Notes: generated by a model from the sequence alone, not told the origin. A stretch of 64,000 nucleotides of DNA from Malacoraja senta (GCA_038087875.1 CM075986.1:15872001-15936000), one strand, 5' to 3'; positions 27,701-39,648 are shown, numbered from the stretch's first letter. Program-made: numbers and translations.

Positions 27701-28605
27701 TAAATTTGTTTTATTTAGCTCAGCAAGAGAAGGGTTCTTGCTGGATTGTGCTTTGGGAAATAAATTTTGGCATGTAGAAAAGGGGTCAAGAGGGATAGCA
27801 CATCTGAGACTAATTCAGTTAGATTTAATTCAGTTAGATTTAACGCAGTTATAAATTGGAGCAAGAAAAATGTTATTAAGATGAGAAATTATTTAGTAAA
27901 ACAATTACATGAAGATAAGTCAGAGTAAAGGGAGGAATTCAAGGAGGTGTTAATGAAGATACAAAACAAATATGCATTCAATAAAGAAATGGTGGTGCTT
28001 CTAATTCCCTTTGAAATCTCTGGAGATTTTTACCTGATTTTTTGGACAAGAGACTAACAAATCAATAATATGAAGGTTGGCATTAAATGGTGTGCTAAAG
28101 AAGTGGGGAAATTTGGGGGGATCACACAAATCAACATTTAGAAAAATACGAGTTTCTCAAGGTTAATCATCATTGATTGAACTTTTTGAGGTGGTAATAA
28201 GAAGCATTTATGACAATGCCCATGGAGGTTATCAAGATGTTTAGACAAATACACCCATTTGCTATTGGTCAAAAACATTAAAATCACCAAATGGAAAGTA
28301 ACAAATTGGTTTGGTGACAGAATGCTAACGATTGACTGGAATTGTCATGAATGGAGAGCTGTATACCTTAATGTTCTGCAGGGCTCAATGCAAGTTTTTT
28401 GTTTTACTTCTGTTCAAATAAGGTGGCTGCAATTAAGTTTGTTGCCAATTTGAAAATAGTTGATAGTGAGAAAAGGAAGTTCTAGCCTGATCAGATTGCC
28501 ACAAGATTTCTGCAAAGGACAAAAAAGACTAGAGAATATATGAAGATAGACACAAAATGCTGGAGTCACTCAGTGGGACAGACAGCATGAATGGAGAGAA
28601 GGAAT

Positions 28606-29206
28606 CATAATCGTAATTTATTAGCCAAGTATGTTTTGCAACATAGAAGGAATTTGATTTGCCATAGTCATACAAAAAAAGCAAAAAGACACACAACTAC
28701 ATAAAAATTTGACATAAACATCCACCCCAGCGGCTCCTCCACATTCCGCACTGTGATGGAAGGCAATAAAGTCTTATCATCTTTCCTCCTGATCTCCTGC
28801 GGTCAGGGGAATTGAACCATCTGCAGTCAGGGTGACGGAAGCCCCCGTGTCCTGGCGACGGAGGTCCTCGCGTCAGGGCGACAGACGCTCGGGGTGGTCG
28901 AAGCTCCTATGGCTTGGAGCTCCCGAAGCCAGCCCGTAACCAGGGACCGCGAGCTCCACAATGTTAAAGTCCGCAGGCTCCCGTGGTTGGAGCTCCCAAG
29001 GTCGATCCCCAGCAAGAGGCTGCCAGCGCGGACGGAAATATGACACAGAAAAAGTCACATCTCCATAAAAAAAGTTTCCCCCACCACCACCCACATAATA
29101 CAAAACTAAAGATAAACTAAAACATATTTTACAACAAACTAAAAACACAAAGAAGGAAAAAGACGAGACAAACCGTTGGCAAGGCAGCCATCGTTCGGCG
29201 CCACCT
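28606..29206 (-). mobile_element. GC-rich non-autonomous retroelement nested in a Penelope-terminus copy
   Basis: Splits the host consensus gaaggaat|gggtga (28545-28605 and 29207-29240); shares cactgtgatggaagg with copies at about 4091-4262 and 43935-44105. Confidence 0.7.
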
Positions 29207-29729
29207 GGGTGAAGTATTGGGTCAAGACCCTTCAGACTGACAGTCAGGAAACTAGAGAGAGTTAAATAGAGCTCTTAGGGCTAACAGAATCAAGGGGTAT
29301 GGGTGGAAGGCAGCAATGGGGTGCTTGAATGGCGGTGCTGGCTCGAAGGGCAGAATGGCCTACTCCTGCACCTATTGTCTATGTATCTAGTGATATGGAA
29401 GGGTAAGGTGTGAAAGCGACAGATCAAAGTAGACGATGAACAAGGAAATGTAAAAGGGCTCATTATTGGCTGAAGAGAAGGTGACAACGAGGCATACAAA
29501 CAGTAATATTAGTCGGGAGGATAGTGAAACTAGTCAGAGAACTAGGGTGGGGGGGGGGGGGGACAGAGACAGAGGAGTGCTTGAAAGTAGATACATTAAT
29601 ATTCATACCGCTAGGTTGTAAGCTGCCCAAGCAATATACGGTGGGATATTAAGGAATGCAGAGGAACATGGGGATCTTGAAATAATTGCCCATAAATCTC
29701 TGAAGAGAGCAGAATAGGTAGATAAGATG

Positions 29730-30046
29730 CCCCTCTCCCACTGTACGAGTTCATTCAAGAGCTCTCCCGAGTTTAAAAAAAAAAATCAAATTCGTGGTAA
29801 ACACGTAAAATGAACGTAGCGGGTATGTTGGAGCTCGGGGACGTCTCTTAGCGGCTTGTAACGCTAACGGCAGGTACTCGGGAAACGCGGTAAGCTCGGG
29901 AAGACGCGTGAAGATTTTTCAACATATTGAAAAATGTCCACTAGAGCCCCAAGTACCTGCGAGTGGCCATTACCGTAAATCTTCAAGTTCGAATCACGGC
30001 AAAACTCGGGAGAACTCTTGAATGAACTCGTACAGTGGGACAGGGT
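29730..30046. mobile_element. Degenerate copy of the 306-bp PIF/Harbinger MITE
   Basis: tcccactgtacgagttcattcaagag...ctcttgaatgaactcgtacagtggga inverted ends; interior homologous to 20748-21053. Confidence 0.85.
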
Positions 30047-33000
30047 TATTAAGAAGACAACTGAGTTTGTGCTAGAACTGTGCAAGACATTAGCCAAGCC
30101 GCAATGAGGTGCTATCTTTGATCCAAACTACAGGGAGGATGTAATAACACTGGTGAGAGTGCAGAGGAGATTTGAGGATGTTGCCAGGAATGTAATATAG
30201 TTACTGGTTACTCTGGGAGTGAAAATGGAGGGTGTAGATGAGTGGTGTTGGAGGTGATTTAGGAGTAGAGGTGTTGAGAAAAGGTCATTTTACTAAATGA
30301 GTTCCAGAGGGTGGAACTTGCTGCAGGAAAGAATGCAGAGGCAAAAAACCTCAACACATAAGGAACACCTGGAATAAGAACTTTAAAAACATGGAAACAT
30401 AGAAAATAGGTGCAGGAATAGGCCATTCTGCCTGCCAGCACTGCCATTCAATATGATCATGGCTGATAATCCAAAATCAGTACCCTGTTCCTGCTTTCTC
30501 CCTATATCCCTTGATTCCGTTTAGCCCTAAGAGCAATATCTAATTCTCTCTTGAATATACTTTAAACCATAATCTGCAAGGGTAATGCTCAATCTTTGGG
30601 AGATGAGATTAAATTGGCCCATGGGTACAATAAGGAAGTGACTCTTTCAATGGTGTAAATTTCTGTGAGTCTTGTGCTATCTTGTGCTTTCTGTATTATA
30701 TTTTGGGATTTGCTATTTTGTGCTTTTTGGATGAGAAGCCAGCATCTCCCAGCTTCTATTTAAAGCCCCTAAGCCACATATTTCAGTGGCACTAAAGACG
30801 GACAGTTGTATTTGTTTACTTTAAGAGTGAGGGTTTGAATATAATGCACAGTGAAATGTAGTTTTGGGCTGTGGCAAAATATTGATTAGCTGAGATGGAA
30901 TCAAAAGGGAAGTGGAGCTTGCTGAATGTTGAATATGTCATCTTAACATCAAGACCAAATTCCTCAATTTAAACTTGAAAGCATTCTATCTTTTATTAAA
31001 ATAGCAAACCTGACTGCAGGCTTTAGTCGAAAAATGTGCTATTCAGTCTTGGTCTCCGTACATTCCTGGCGCAAAATATATCAGTTTCCTGACCAGCACA
31101 AGCTGCCTTTTGTGAAGGGAGAATCTGAAATGGTATATTGCTGCAAAATGTGTCTTTGTAAATCTGCTTGTGCTCCCTTATGGTGGTGAGAAGAGGGAGC
31201 CTAAATCCTTCCAATCCTTGGGCTGGGCTTCATTGATGAACATTCTGTGGTAGTAATTAAGGAACAGTTGAAAGCCATCCGAAAACTAACAGATACTTTC
31301 AGTTGAGCCGAGAGAAGCTAAAGTCCATGATGAGAATATAGCGAATATTTAACATTGTCAGTGCCAACTGCCAGGTGCTTCTAAATATCTGTGAATTATG
31401 ATGCTCTAAGAACACAGATAGAATATTAATAACCTAGGAAATAAGAGCAACAGTAAGCCATTTTTTTCCTTTAAGCCTGCTCCAACATTCAAAATAAACA
31501 CGACCGTCCTTTCACTTCAGTACCCCGCTCCTGCTGTCTGAATATCCATTAATCCCTTTAGTATTAAGTAATATTAAGTAACATTAAGTAATATATGCAA
31601 TATATATCTGCCTCAGATATGTTTAATGACCTTTATTGCTTAAGTGGTAGAGAATTTTTCATATTCACTATTTTCTGGATGAATGTTGATCCTGATCTTG
31701 GTTCTAATCCCTCTTCATTCTTCAAAACGCCAATGATTATACTTCCAATCAACCCAAAATACCGTTTCATGTCAGCCCGTCATTTGGGAAATTTGTCCAA
31801 TGAACCATTATTGCACTTCACAGCCAGAACATTCTCCATCAAAAGGAGATGAAAACGGCTGGTTTAATGAACTTATGGCCATTAAAGATGAACAGTCTGT
31901 GTTTAGGACCAAGGTGGAAAATCTTACATTTAACCATGTATAATTCATCGATGCATTTGGCCATGGCTCAGCTTGTTAAAGTCATGTTGAAGCCTCTTTG
32001 CATCCTCTTCAGAGCTCACATTCCACCACCCATTTTGCTCACCAACCTTCAAGCTTTGTGTCATCCCAAACTTAGAAATAATACATTTTGGTTCTCTCAA
32101 TCAGGGATATGTGATCCCTGTAGGCATCCTGTTTATTACTGCCAACCACCCAGAAAAAAGATTAGTTTATTTCCAATCTGTTTCCTGTTTGTCAACAACT
32201 TCTCACTCTATGCCATTGTCACCGATCCCATGTGCTTGAATTTTCCCTCTTACAAGTGACCTTATCAGAACCCATGTCCAAATACACCACATCTAATTTA
32301 TCTACTGGTTCTCTCACCTGCTCTATATTTACATCTTCAAAATAAAAGTCCATTGGATCTGCAGAGCATGATTTCTCATGTCCCCATGGTGACTTTGTAG
32401 AATCCCACTAATGCTTTCCAAATATTTTTTTCAATTTTGTTTTCTACTTGAATTTAACATTTTACTCATTGCTGGTGTTTGGCTTACTGAACTGTATTTC
32501 CTTCTTTTCTCTATTTTTTAAGTAGTGGATTACAGTCCCCCTCCAATGTGTAAGAACTCTCTGGAATCCAAAAGATTTTGGCAGATGACTCAATGTATTC
32601 ACTAATTCCAGGTGCACTTCCCTTAGTGATCTGGGATGCAGATTATTAGGCTATGGGGATTTATCAGTCTTCAGCTCCATTAAGTTCCCTCACACCATTT
32701 CTTTAACACTGATTTCCTTTAGATTCTCCTTCTGAATAGACTCTTGTTCCTTAATGTATCTGGGGAATGTCTGTCTTTTATGAAGACAGAGCCAAAGTAG
32801 GTGTTTAATTGTTGTGAAATTTTTCTTTGTTCTCAATTGTGATTTCCCCCTTTCTTCTGCAGAGACCTACATTTGTAACCCACGACATTTTCTTCATCAC
32901 ATAAGCTTTTATGCTAATTTTTTAATATGTTGTCAGAAGGTTAAAGCGCATAGTGCATCTTCCCTTTGTTGACATTTTTGCCCATGCCACATTTCCTTAA

Positions 33001-33330
33001 CTTCTGTGGAAATCGAGGCATTGGAGTGCTTTCTTGGCCAAGATTGCAAGCTACTTTTTAGTCTTCACCTCAATTACTTTTTTTTGCACGTGAGCACAGT
33101 GTGTAAATGTGAAATATATCAGGCTAATGCAAAATATATTGCCACTAAGGGCTCTATGTTTATATGGGGAAACCTAGAGAATAGTATATATAATTTATCA
33201 TATAGAGAACTGGGACTGTAACTTCAGAAAAGCAAAGGGATTCAAAAGGATAGTAGGTTTTGCTAACACTGCTAGCAATCAGTGGTAGAGCCCGTCTACC
33301 CAACCGAAGTGCAAACTAACCAAATTAGTG

Positions 33331-33517
33331 TATAGAAAGGAACTGCAGATGCTGGTTTAAACTGAAGATAGACACAAAAAGCTGGAGTAACTCAGCGGGC
33401 CAGGCAGCATCTCTGGAGAAAAGGAATGGGTGATGTCAGTCTGAAGAAGGGTCTCAACCCGAATCGTCGCCCATTCCTGCCTGTCCCGCTGAGTTATTCC
33501 AGCTTTTTGTGTCTATC
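33331..33517. mobile_element. Inverted pair of Penelope-terminus copies
   Basis: gatagacacaaaaagctgga...tccagctttttgtgtctatc arms surrounding a CTGAAGA core. Confidence 0.8.
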
Positions 33518-34349
33518 TCCAAATTAATGTATGCTGAGATTAATTGGATGTATAGTCTGGAACATTCAGGCTTGGTTTGTCCTCTGCGCAGGTCTGTACT
33601 TTTAACAGGTGAGGGTGATTTGCTTCGTACTACCATTCCTGATAGATAGTGACAAATGTGCAGTAAAGCAAGTCTTTTCTGAAAATGCCTCTGGGTCTGG
33701 TCAAATGTAGAAAAGTACAAGGGACTCGAGAGATTGCCAATGATGGAATTTTGAGCAAAAAACAAAAGGCTGGAGAAACTCTATAGGTTAGTCAGCATCT
33801 GTGGAGGCAGGTGGATAGTGAATGTTTCCCATCAATGCCCTGCATCAGAACTTGGGAAAAGTTGATGTTTCAGGTCCAGACCCTATCAGGGGTTGAGTTG
33901 GGTTTGGATTAGCAGGGGTTAGGTTTGTTTTACTTGTGGTTAGATTGGGAACACAATTAATTTAATTCCTAGGTAGCCCCCTAATCAGTGAATCAAAAAT
34001 GATTACATTTGGCTTACCATTTTGGCAGTCTCTGCTTTACTAGGCTAGAAATAGACACCTCTATATTTTAGACTTATCAAGAAAATGCTTGTTAATGGGC
34101 TCTTTTATCATTTCTCTCACCACTAATCTAGAAATACTTAAATTTAACAATCTAAAAAAATGTTTAGAGGGATTAATCTGAAATTGATTGAACTGTTTTA
34201 TTCCCCCATTAATAAAAGTGAAACATAACCTGCTGCATTCCTAGTTTAATGAATACCTTGTCTGCTCTCATAGTTGCCGTAGATGCCTGTTGAACAGCAG
34301 AAGTTCCACACCGACGTGAACTGAATTCTGGGCATTGTCTGCTTCAAAC

Positions 34350-34353
34350 ATGG
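34350..34353 (+). CDS. MAP3K3: MAP3K3-type kinase, coding exon 1 (ATG G); exon probably spans 34274-34353
   Basis: aaacATGG|gtaagt; a 4-nt coding start as in MAP3K2/3; upstream acceptor ctctcatag ending 34273. Confidence 0.8.
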
Positions 34354-34538
34354 GTAAGTGTTTGAGGTCCTTTCTTTGCAACTAACCTCTTTTCCTCGAA
34401 TTATTTTAACTCCTTGAGGTGTATTTGATTGGAAGCAGTCTAGTGTTTAAGCATAACTGCATGGCTTTATTAAAGAGGGAAGAATCTACAGTGCTTTTTG
34501 TATGTGTTAAATATCTGCTGTCACTTTGAACTTTTCAG

Positions 34539-34660
34539 ATGAACAGGAAGCTTTAAAGTCCATCATGAAGGACCTTGTGGCCCTGCAAATGGGCCGAAGG
34601 AGCCGTATGAGCGGCTATGACGGTGTGAAGAGCAAAGGCAGCATCCATGCCAATAAGCAG
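34539..34660 (+). CDS. MAP3K3: MAP3K3-type coding exon 2 ([41 protein letters not shown])
   Basis: ttttcag acceptor and gtgaga donor; 122 nt; matches the MEKK3 N-terminus MDEQEALNSIMNDLVALQM. Confidence 0.92.
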
Positions 34661-34768
34661 GTGAGAAAATCACTGGAATAGATTGATGTTAATTTTGAAA
34701 TGAAGTAATATGTTTGCATGACTGCAGGAAACCATGTTCTCATCAAAGTGCACTTCCTTTTATTGCAG

Positions 34769-34809
34769 AATGATGTTCGAATAAAGTTTGAACATAATGG
34801 CGAAAGAAG
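34769..34809 (+). CDS. MAP3K3: MAP3K3-type coding exon 3 (NDVRIKFEHNGERR), start of PB1 domain
   Basis: ttgcag acceptor and gtatgt donor; 41 nt; matches SDVRIKFEHNGERR. Confidence 0.92.
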
Positions 34810-34964
34810 GTATGTAATTTTGCAATATCAATAAATTAGGACACTGTATAATATTTTTATATAATCGTAAATGGGAGTCTGTCAAACACAGTTAATTCCT
34901 ACATGGTTAACTTTTTTTTAGGATTCATAAATTATATATATTTTTGGAGTTTGGCACATCTCAA

Positions 34965-36331
34965 AGGTAGACACAAAATGCTGGAGTAACAGCGGGACAG
35001 GCAGCATCTCTGGAGAAGGAATGGGTGACGTTTCAGGTGGAGACATAGAAACATAGAAAGTAGGTGCGAGAGTAGACCACCAGGCCCATCGAGCCCGCAC
35101 CGCCATTCACTCATGGCTGAACACTAAACAGACACCCTTACCCACAAACAGTAGACACAAGACACAGAACACAAGACACTACCCTCCCCTTTATATCGCT
35201 ATCACCCCTCTCCACCCCAAGAACCGCGTGATCTCCTGGGGGAGGCAAAAAACCGGATAAAAACCCAGGTCCAATCCATTCTTCAGACTGATGTCGGGAG
35301 TGGGTGGGACAGAGATAGAATGTAGTCGGAGACAGTTAGACTGGTGGGGGAACTGGGGAGGGGATGGAGAGAGAGGGAAAGCAAGGGCTATTTAAATTTA
35401 GAGAAGTCAATGTTCATACCGCTGGGGTGTAAGCTACCCAAGCGAAATATGCGGTGCTGTTCCTCAAATTTGCGCTGGGCCTCACTCTGACAATGGAGGA
35501 GGCCCAGGACAGAAAAGTCAGATTGGGAATGGAAGGAGGAGTTAAAGTGCTGAGCAACCGGGTGATCAGGTATGGTAAGGCGGACTGAGTGAAGGTGTTC
35601 AGCGAAACGATCGCCGAGCCTGCTCTTGGTCTCGTCGAAGTACAGGAGTTGACACCTGGAACAGCGGGTATAGTAGATGAGGTTGGACGAGGTGCAAGTG
35701 AACCGCTGCCTCACCTGGAAAGACTGCCGGGGTCCTTGAATGGAGTCGAGGGGGGAGGTAAAGGGACAGGTGTTGCATCTCCTGTGGTTGCTGGGGAAAG
35801 TACCAGAGGAGGGGTGGTTTGGGTGGGAAGGGACAAGTTGACCAGGGAGTTGCAGAGGGAATGGTCTCTGCGGAAAGCAGAAAGGGGTGGAGATGGGAAG
35901 ATGTGGCCAGTAGTGGGATCCCATTGGAGGTGGCAAAAATGTTGGAGGATTGTATGCTGTATGTGACGGCTGATGGGGTGTTAGGTGAGGACAAGGGGCA
36001 CTTTGTCCTTGTTACGAGAGTGGAGCTGCGCCATATCGATGAGATCTTAGTGAGAGCCTCATCTATAATGGAAGAGGGGAACCTCCGTTTCCTAAATAAT
36101 TATGACAACTCCGATGACCTGGTATGGAAAACCTCATGCTGGGCGCAGATGCAGCGTAGACGGAGAAATTGGGATTACGGGATGGAGTCTTTACAGGAAG
36201 CAGGGTGGGAAGAAGTGTAGTCTAGATAGTTATGGGAGTCAGTGGGTTTGTAATAGATGAAGTTTGAGAAGTCATTGTTCCTTCTGCTGAAGATGAAGTC
36301 TGAGAAATCAATCTTTTTTCTTCTTACACAT
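34965..36331 (-). mobile_element. 5'-truncated Penelope-like element: RT thumb, GIY-YIG endonuclease and 3' terminal repeat; 15-bp TSD
   Basis: ORF 35388-35936 has RCNTC...FTCTSSNLIY..RCSRC.LLY..ET..RL..RF.EH...VAQHFN; upstream frame reads IYYKPTDSHNYLDYTSSHP; TSD tttggcac(a/g)tctcaa at 34950-34964 and 36332-36346. Confidence 0.92.
35044..35278 (-). mobile_element. CR1/HER1-tailed retroposon fragment nested in the Penelope 3' terminal repeat
   Basis: (catagaaa)2 tail and tgaatggcggtgcgggctcgatgggcc on minus; interrupts the host between ctgaagaa and gaaacgtc. Confidence 0.7.
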
Positions 36332-37175
36332 TTTGGCACGTCTCAAGATGTGTTAATGGTTGCATGAGTTCTGAGCTTAGAATATTCTACAAAATAGATT
36401 TTCTAAGCTGCCTTCCACAAATTTGCAACATTGATTTCAACAGACCTTTTTAGGGGCTCCATCCTTTTGCTGAGGTGACAATGTATTTTATGTTTTCCAG
36501 AATTTTATTAATTCCGGTTAACCTTTTACTCAATTTTTCTGGAGTATTCAAGTTACAAATATCTAAAATCTATTGTGCTCTGAAAGTATTCAGTAATGGA
36601 TGCTACACTATCCTTTTGTGTTACAAACTCCAAAGGCTCGCCCCATTCTGAGTGAAGAAATTGTATCTTCGGTCCTGAATGGTCAATCCTTTAATTTTAG
36701 ACTGATCTCTGTCTAGACACCCCAGCTGGAGGAAGCATCATTTCTGCCTCCAACCTCGAGCAATTTGAGATCATCTTTCATTCTTCTGAACTCAAATGAG
36801 CTTAGACCCAGTCTATTTAATCACTCTTAAGACATACTCACCATATCAAGAATCAGTCTGGTAAACCTGTGGTGCACTTTCTTAATTGCAAGTCTATCCT
36901 TCCTTGAGTTGCGAGACCAGTCCTGTATACACAAGAAACTGCAGATGCTGGAATCGTGAGCAAAACGCCAAGTACTGGAAGAACTCAGCAGGTCAGGGCG
37001 CATCTATTGAGGGAATGGACAGACAATATTTAGGGACTGGACCCTTCAGGTGACCTGTAACCAATATTCCAGATACATTTTCACCTAGGATCTATAGCAA
37101 AATATCTTTATTCTTGTATTTTAAAAATGAAGACCGTCCGCATTGTAGAGAGCATACAGAGTTAAAACCTGGGTT

Positions 37176-37311
37176 CTTCTTCTTTCATGTGGCGTACACA
37201 GCCTAAAGTTGTTGGACAACTTGTTCTATTTGATCTTCCGTTTGTGCACGTCGAGTTGATTGCATTAGTCGAAACAGGGCGGACCACGTGAAGGTTGCAA
37301 TCTTCCACCCC
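37176..37311 (-). mobile_element. 136-bp SINE-like retroposon with (GAA)n tail and 12-bp TSD
   Basis: aaaacctgggtt at 37164-37175 and 37312-37323; the minus strand ends ...cgccacatgaaagaagaag. Confidence 0.85.
37258..37311 (-). ncRNA. HDV-like (CPEB3-type) self-cleaving ribozyme, minimal P4
   Basis: GGGGUGG-AA-GAUUGCA-ACC-UUCACGU-GGU-CCGCCCU-GU-UUCGA-CUAA-UGCAAUC: P1 7 bp with G1.U wobble, P2 7 bp, P3 3 bp, catalytic-position C at 37268. Confidence 0.82.
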
Positions 37312-39551
37312 AAAACCTGGGTTAATGAATCACTACCATGAGCGATCAGTGTCCCTAGACATGAACCTGCCCCCTTCTCATTCATGCAATGAAACTCATT
37401 CCGATTAAAAAGCCTTCTGTTTGCCTTTGTACCGTTTTCCCTGCTCTGATTCTAATAAGAGTTTAATGTCTGACAGACTCTGGTTGTCAATATTCATTTT
37501 GCAACCTGATTTATTTGGACATTAATCCCAAACTGATTCAAATTAAGATAGTCCCAATATTGATGGCAGTGTCTTGTGAAACAAAACTCAAGCACCAGTC
37601 TCTGAGCCTTGTTCACTTTTCTGATTGTTTGCCCCAGGCCAGGTAATAATCTAGAAATTTTGAAACTTCGCTGTTCTGCTTTATAATTTGGATCTCATCA
37701 ACTTAGAGCCATGGCTATCAGCGTCTACATACCACAGCTGAAAAACATGCACTGCACTGTCCTGCCCTGCTTTATTTAAATTAATCATTTTGATTTCCCC
37801 TGTTTTACCCTTATCTCAACAAAATTCCTACACTGTATTCCTAAGCTACACTCAGAGGGTACCGTGCTTTTTAAAATAACTTTTCATTGGATTGGATGTG
37901 TCCTTAAATTACTTTCCAGTATATCATTCTTTCCGTGACATGAATTCAATGAACCATGTCTAGCTGGTTCCCAAATTACCTGGGAGTCTAAGTTTACTTG
38001 TTTACCACTTCAATCAAAAAGTATGTGGTTGTCAAATTCCACACTAAAGTCAATAAATGCTTTATGAAAATAAACTTTTCAAAATCTACACTATGTATGC
38101 TGCACTTTGAAAGACCATGCTAAAAATATACACTATTCTTTTGATGGTGCATTTCCAAATGCAACTATCCTCTGTTCATTAATGAGGTCTCTCATCCCTG
38201 GAATATCCTGGTAGCTCATTTCTGTAACTGTAACTGCTGATGCTTTACAGCTGAAAAAAAACAGAAAATGCTGGAAATATTCATAAAATAAGTTCTGATA
38301 TTTTATCAACTTGAAGCATTAACACTTTCTCTCTCAGCGACATCTGCATGATCATCCCGAGTGTTTACTGTTTTAAATCACCTCAGCATCCATTTTAAGG
38401 CATTTACTAATGTGATGCTCTGAACTGTCCATAATATAACAAATGAAATAGAAACCGTGAGAGCAAAGTTCTAATGTGGTTTTTTTTGCTTTTGTATTCA
38501 GTTCTTTTAATTATGAATAGCAGTAAACTGGAAGGTTTATTTATTATTTTATGAATGCCATCTTTTCAAATATTTTTTTATCCAAGAATTATCTGTTTAT
38601 TCTGCCTGAACTAACCGTTGAGCCTTCCTGAGGTGTCGTGGGCCTAACTCAACGAAACGCCAGTGAAGGGAGGTGCCCACTTGATATCCCCAATTATATG
38701 CATCTACACAATCGTTTTTTTAAATGTGCTTGTTAACTTGTAGGTAACTGATTATTGCATAAGTTTGTATAATCAGTTTAGATAGTGCTTTGGGCTTGGC
38801 TTTCTTGGTTGTTCACTTATGCTGGTGTTATAGCACAAGTACTTTGTGTTTTCATTGTAATTTGATGGGGAGGAGAAATGCAAGCCATTTATTGTTATTT
38901 TTTTTTAATAGTGTAAATACATATTTTGCTTGTTCAAGGATTTTTGAGAGCACAACAGATCTTCATAACAGGATTAGAGTTATAGAGCTCCGCAACATGG
39001 AAACAGCCTCTTTGGACAAACCTGTCCATGCTGATCAAGTTGGCATTTTGAGCTAATCCCATTTGCCTGCATTTTGGCCCATATCCCTTTAGACTCTTGT
39101 TTATTATATGATATTATTTACACAAAATACATTATAATCAAAATCCATTATAAAGAGGTCCATTAAAACGAGGGTTTACTAATGTAAATGTCATTATTAC
39201 CCTGCTAATTGCACTTAGTATTGCTGCATGCTGTAATTTCAACCATTGTGAAATATTGGTCTCCCTTGTATTTTACTGAGCGCTTTGCTTTATGTTGCAC
39301 AGAACTTGAGTTTGATAATCACACTAAGTAGATAGACCTCAGAAATATATTAGCCTGCCTTGGGCTAGGATATAAATCTTAGTGTAAAACATTTCAGCAT
39401 TGAATGGGATTAGGTGAATCCTATGATTCTTTGTTATGGCTTAAGAGAACGTTGACAATGGAAATAAAACAACCAGTGCGAAGTTAATGCCCATGACTTC
39501 ATCACAAAGCTGAAGGCTCTGAACTGAGGTGCAGAGCGTACTTAACAATAA

Positions 39552-39648
39552 GGTAGACACAAAATGCTGAAGTAACTCCGCGGGACAGGCAGCTTCTCTG
39601 GAGAGAAGGAATGGGTGACGATTCGGGTCGAGACCCTTCTTCAGACGA
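39552..39648 (-). mobile_element. Short Penelope-terminus insertion, 8-bp TSD
   Basis: aacaataa at 39544-39551 and 39649-39656. Confidence 0.8.

Noticed and set aside
27810-27852. Short tandem 15-mer (taattcagttagatt), a 10-mer at 31562-31594, and poly-G runs at 12552, 29549 and 54541
   Set aside because: Ordinary slippage repeats with no further structure
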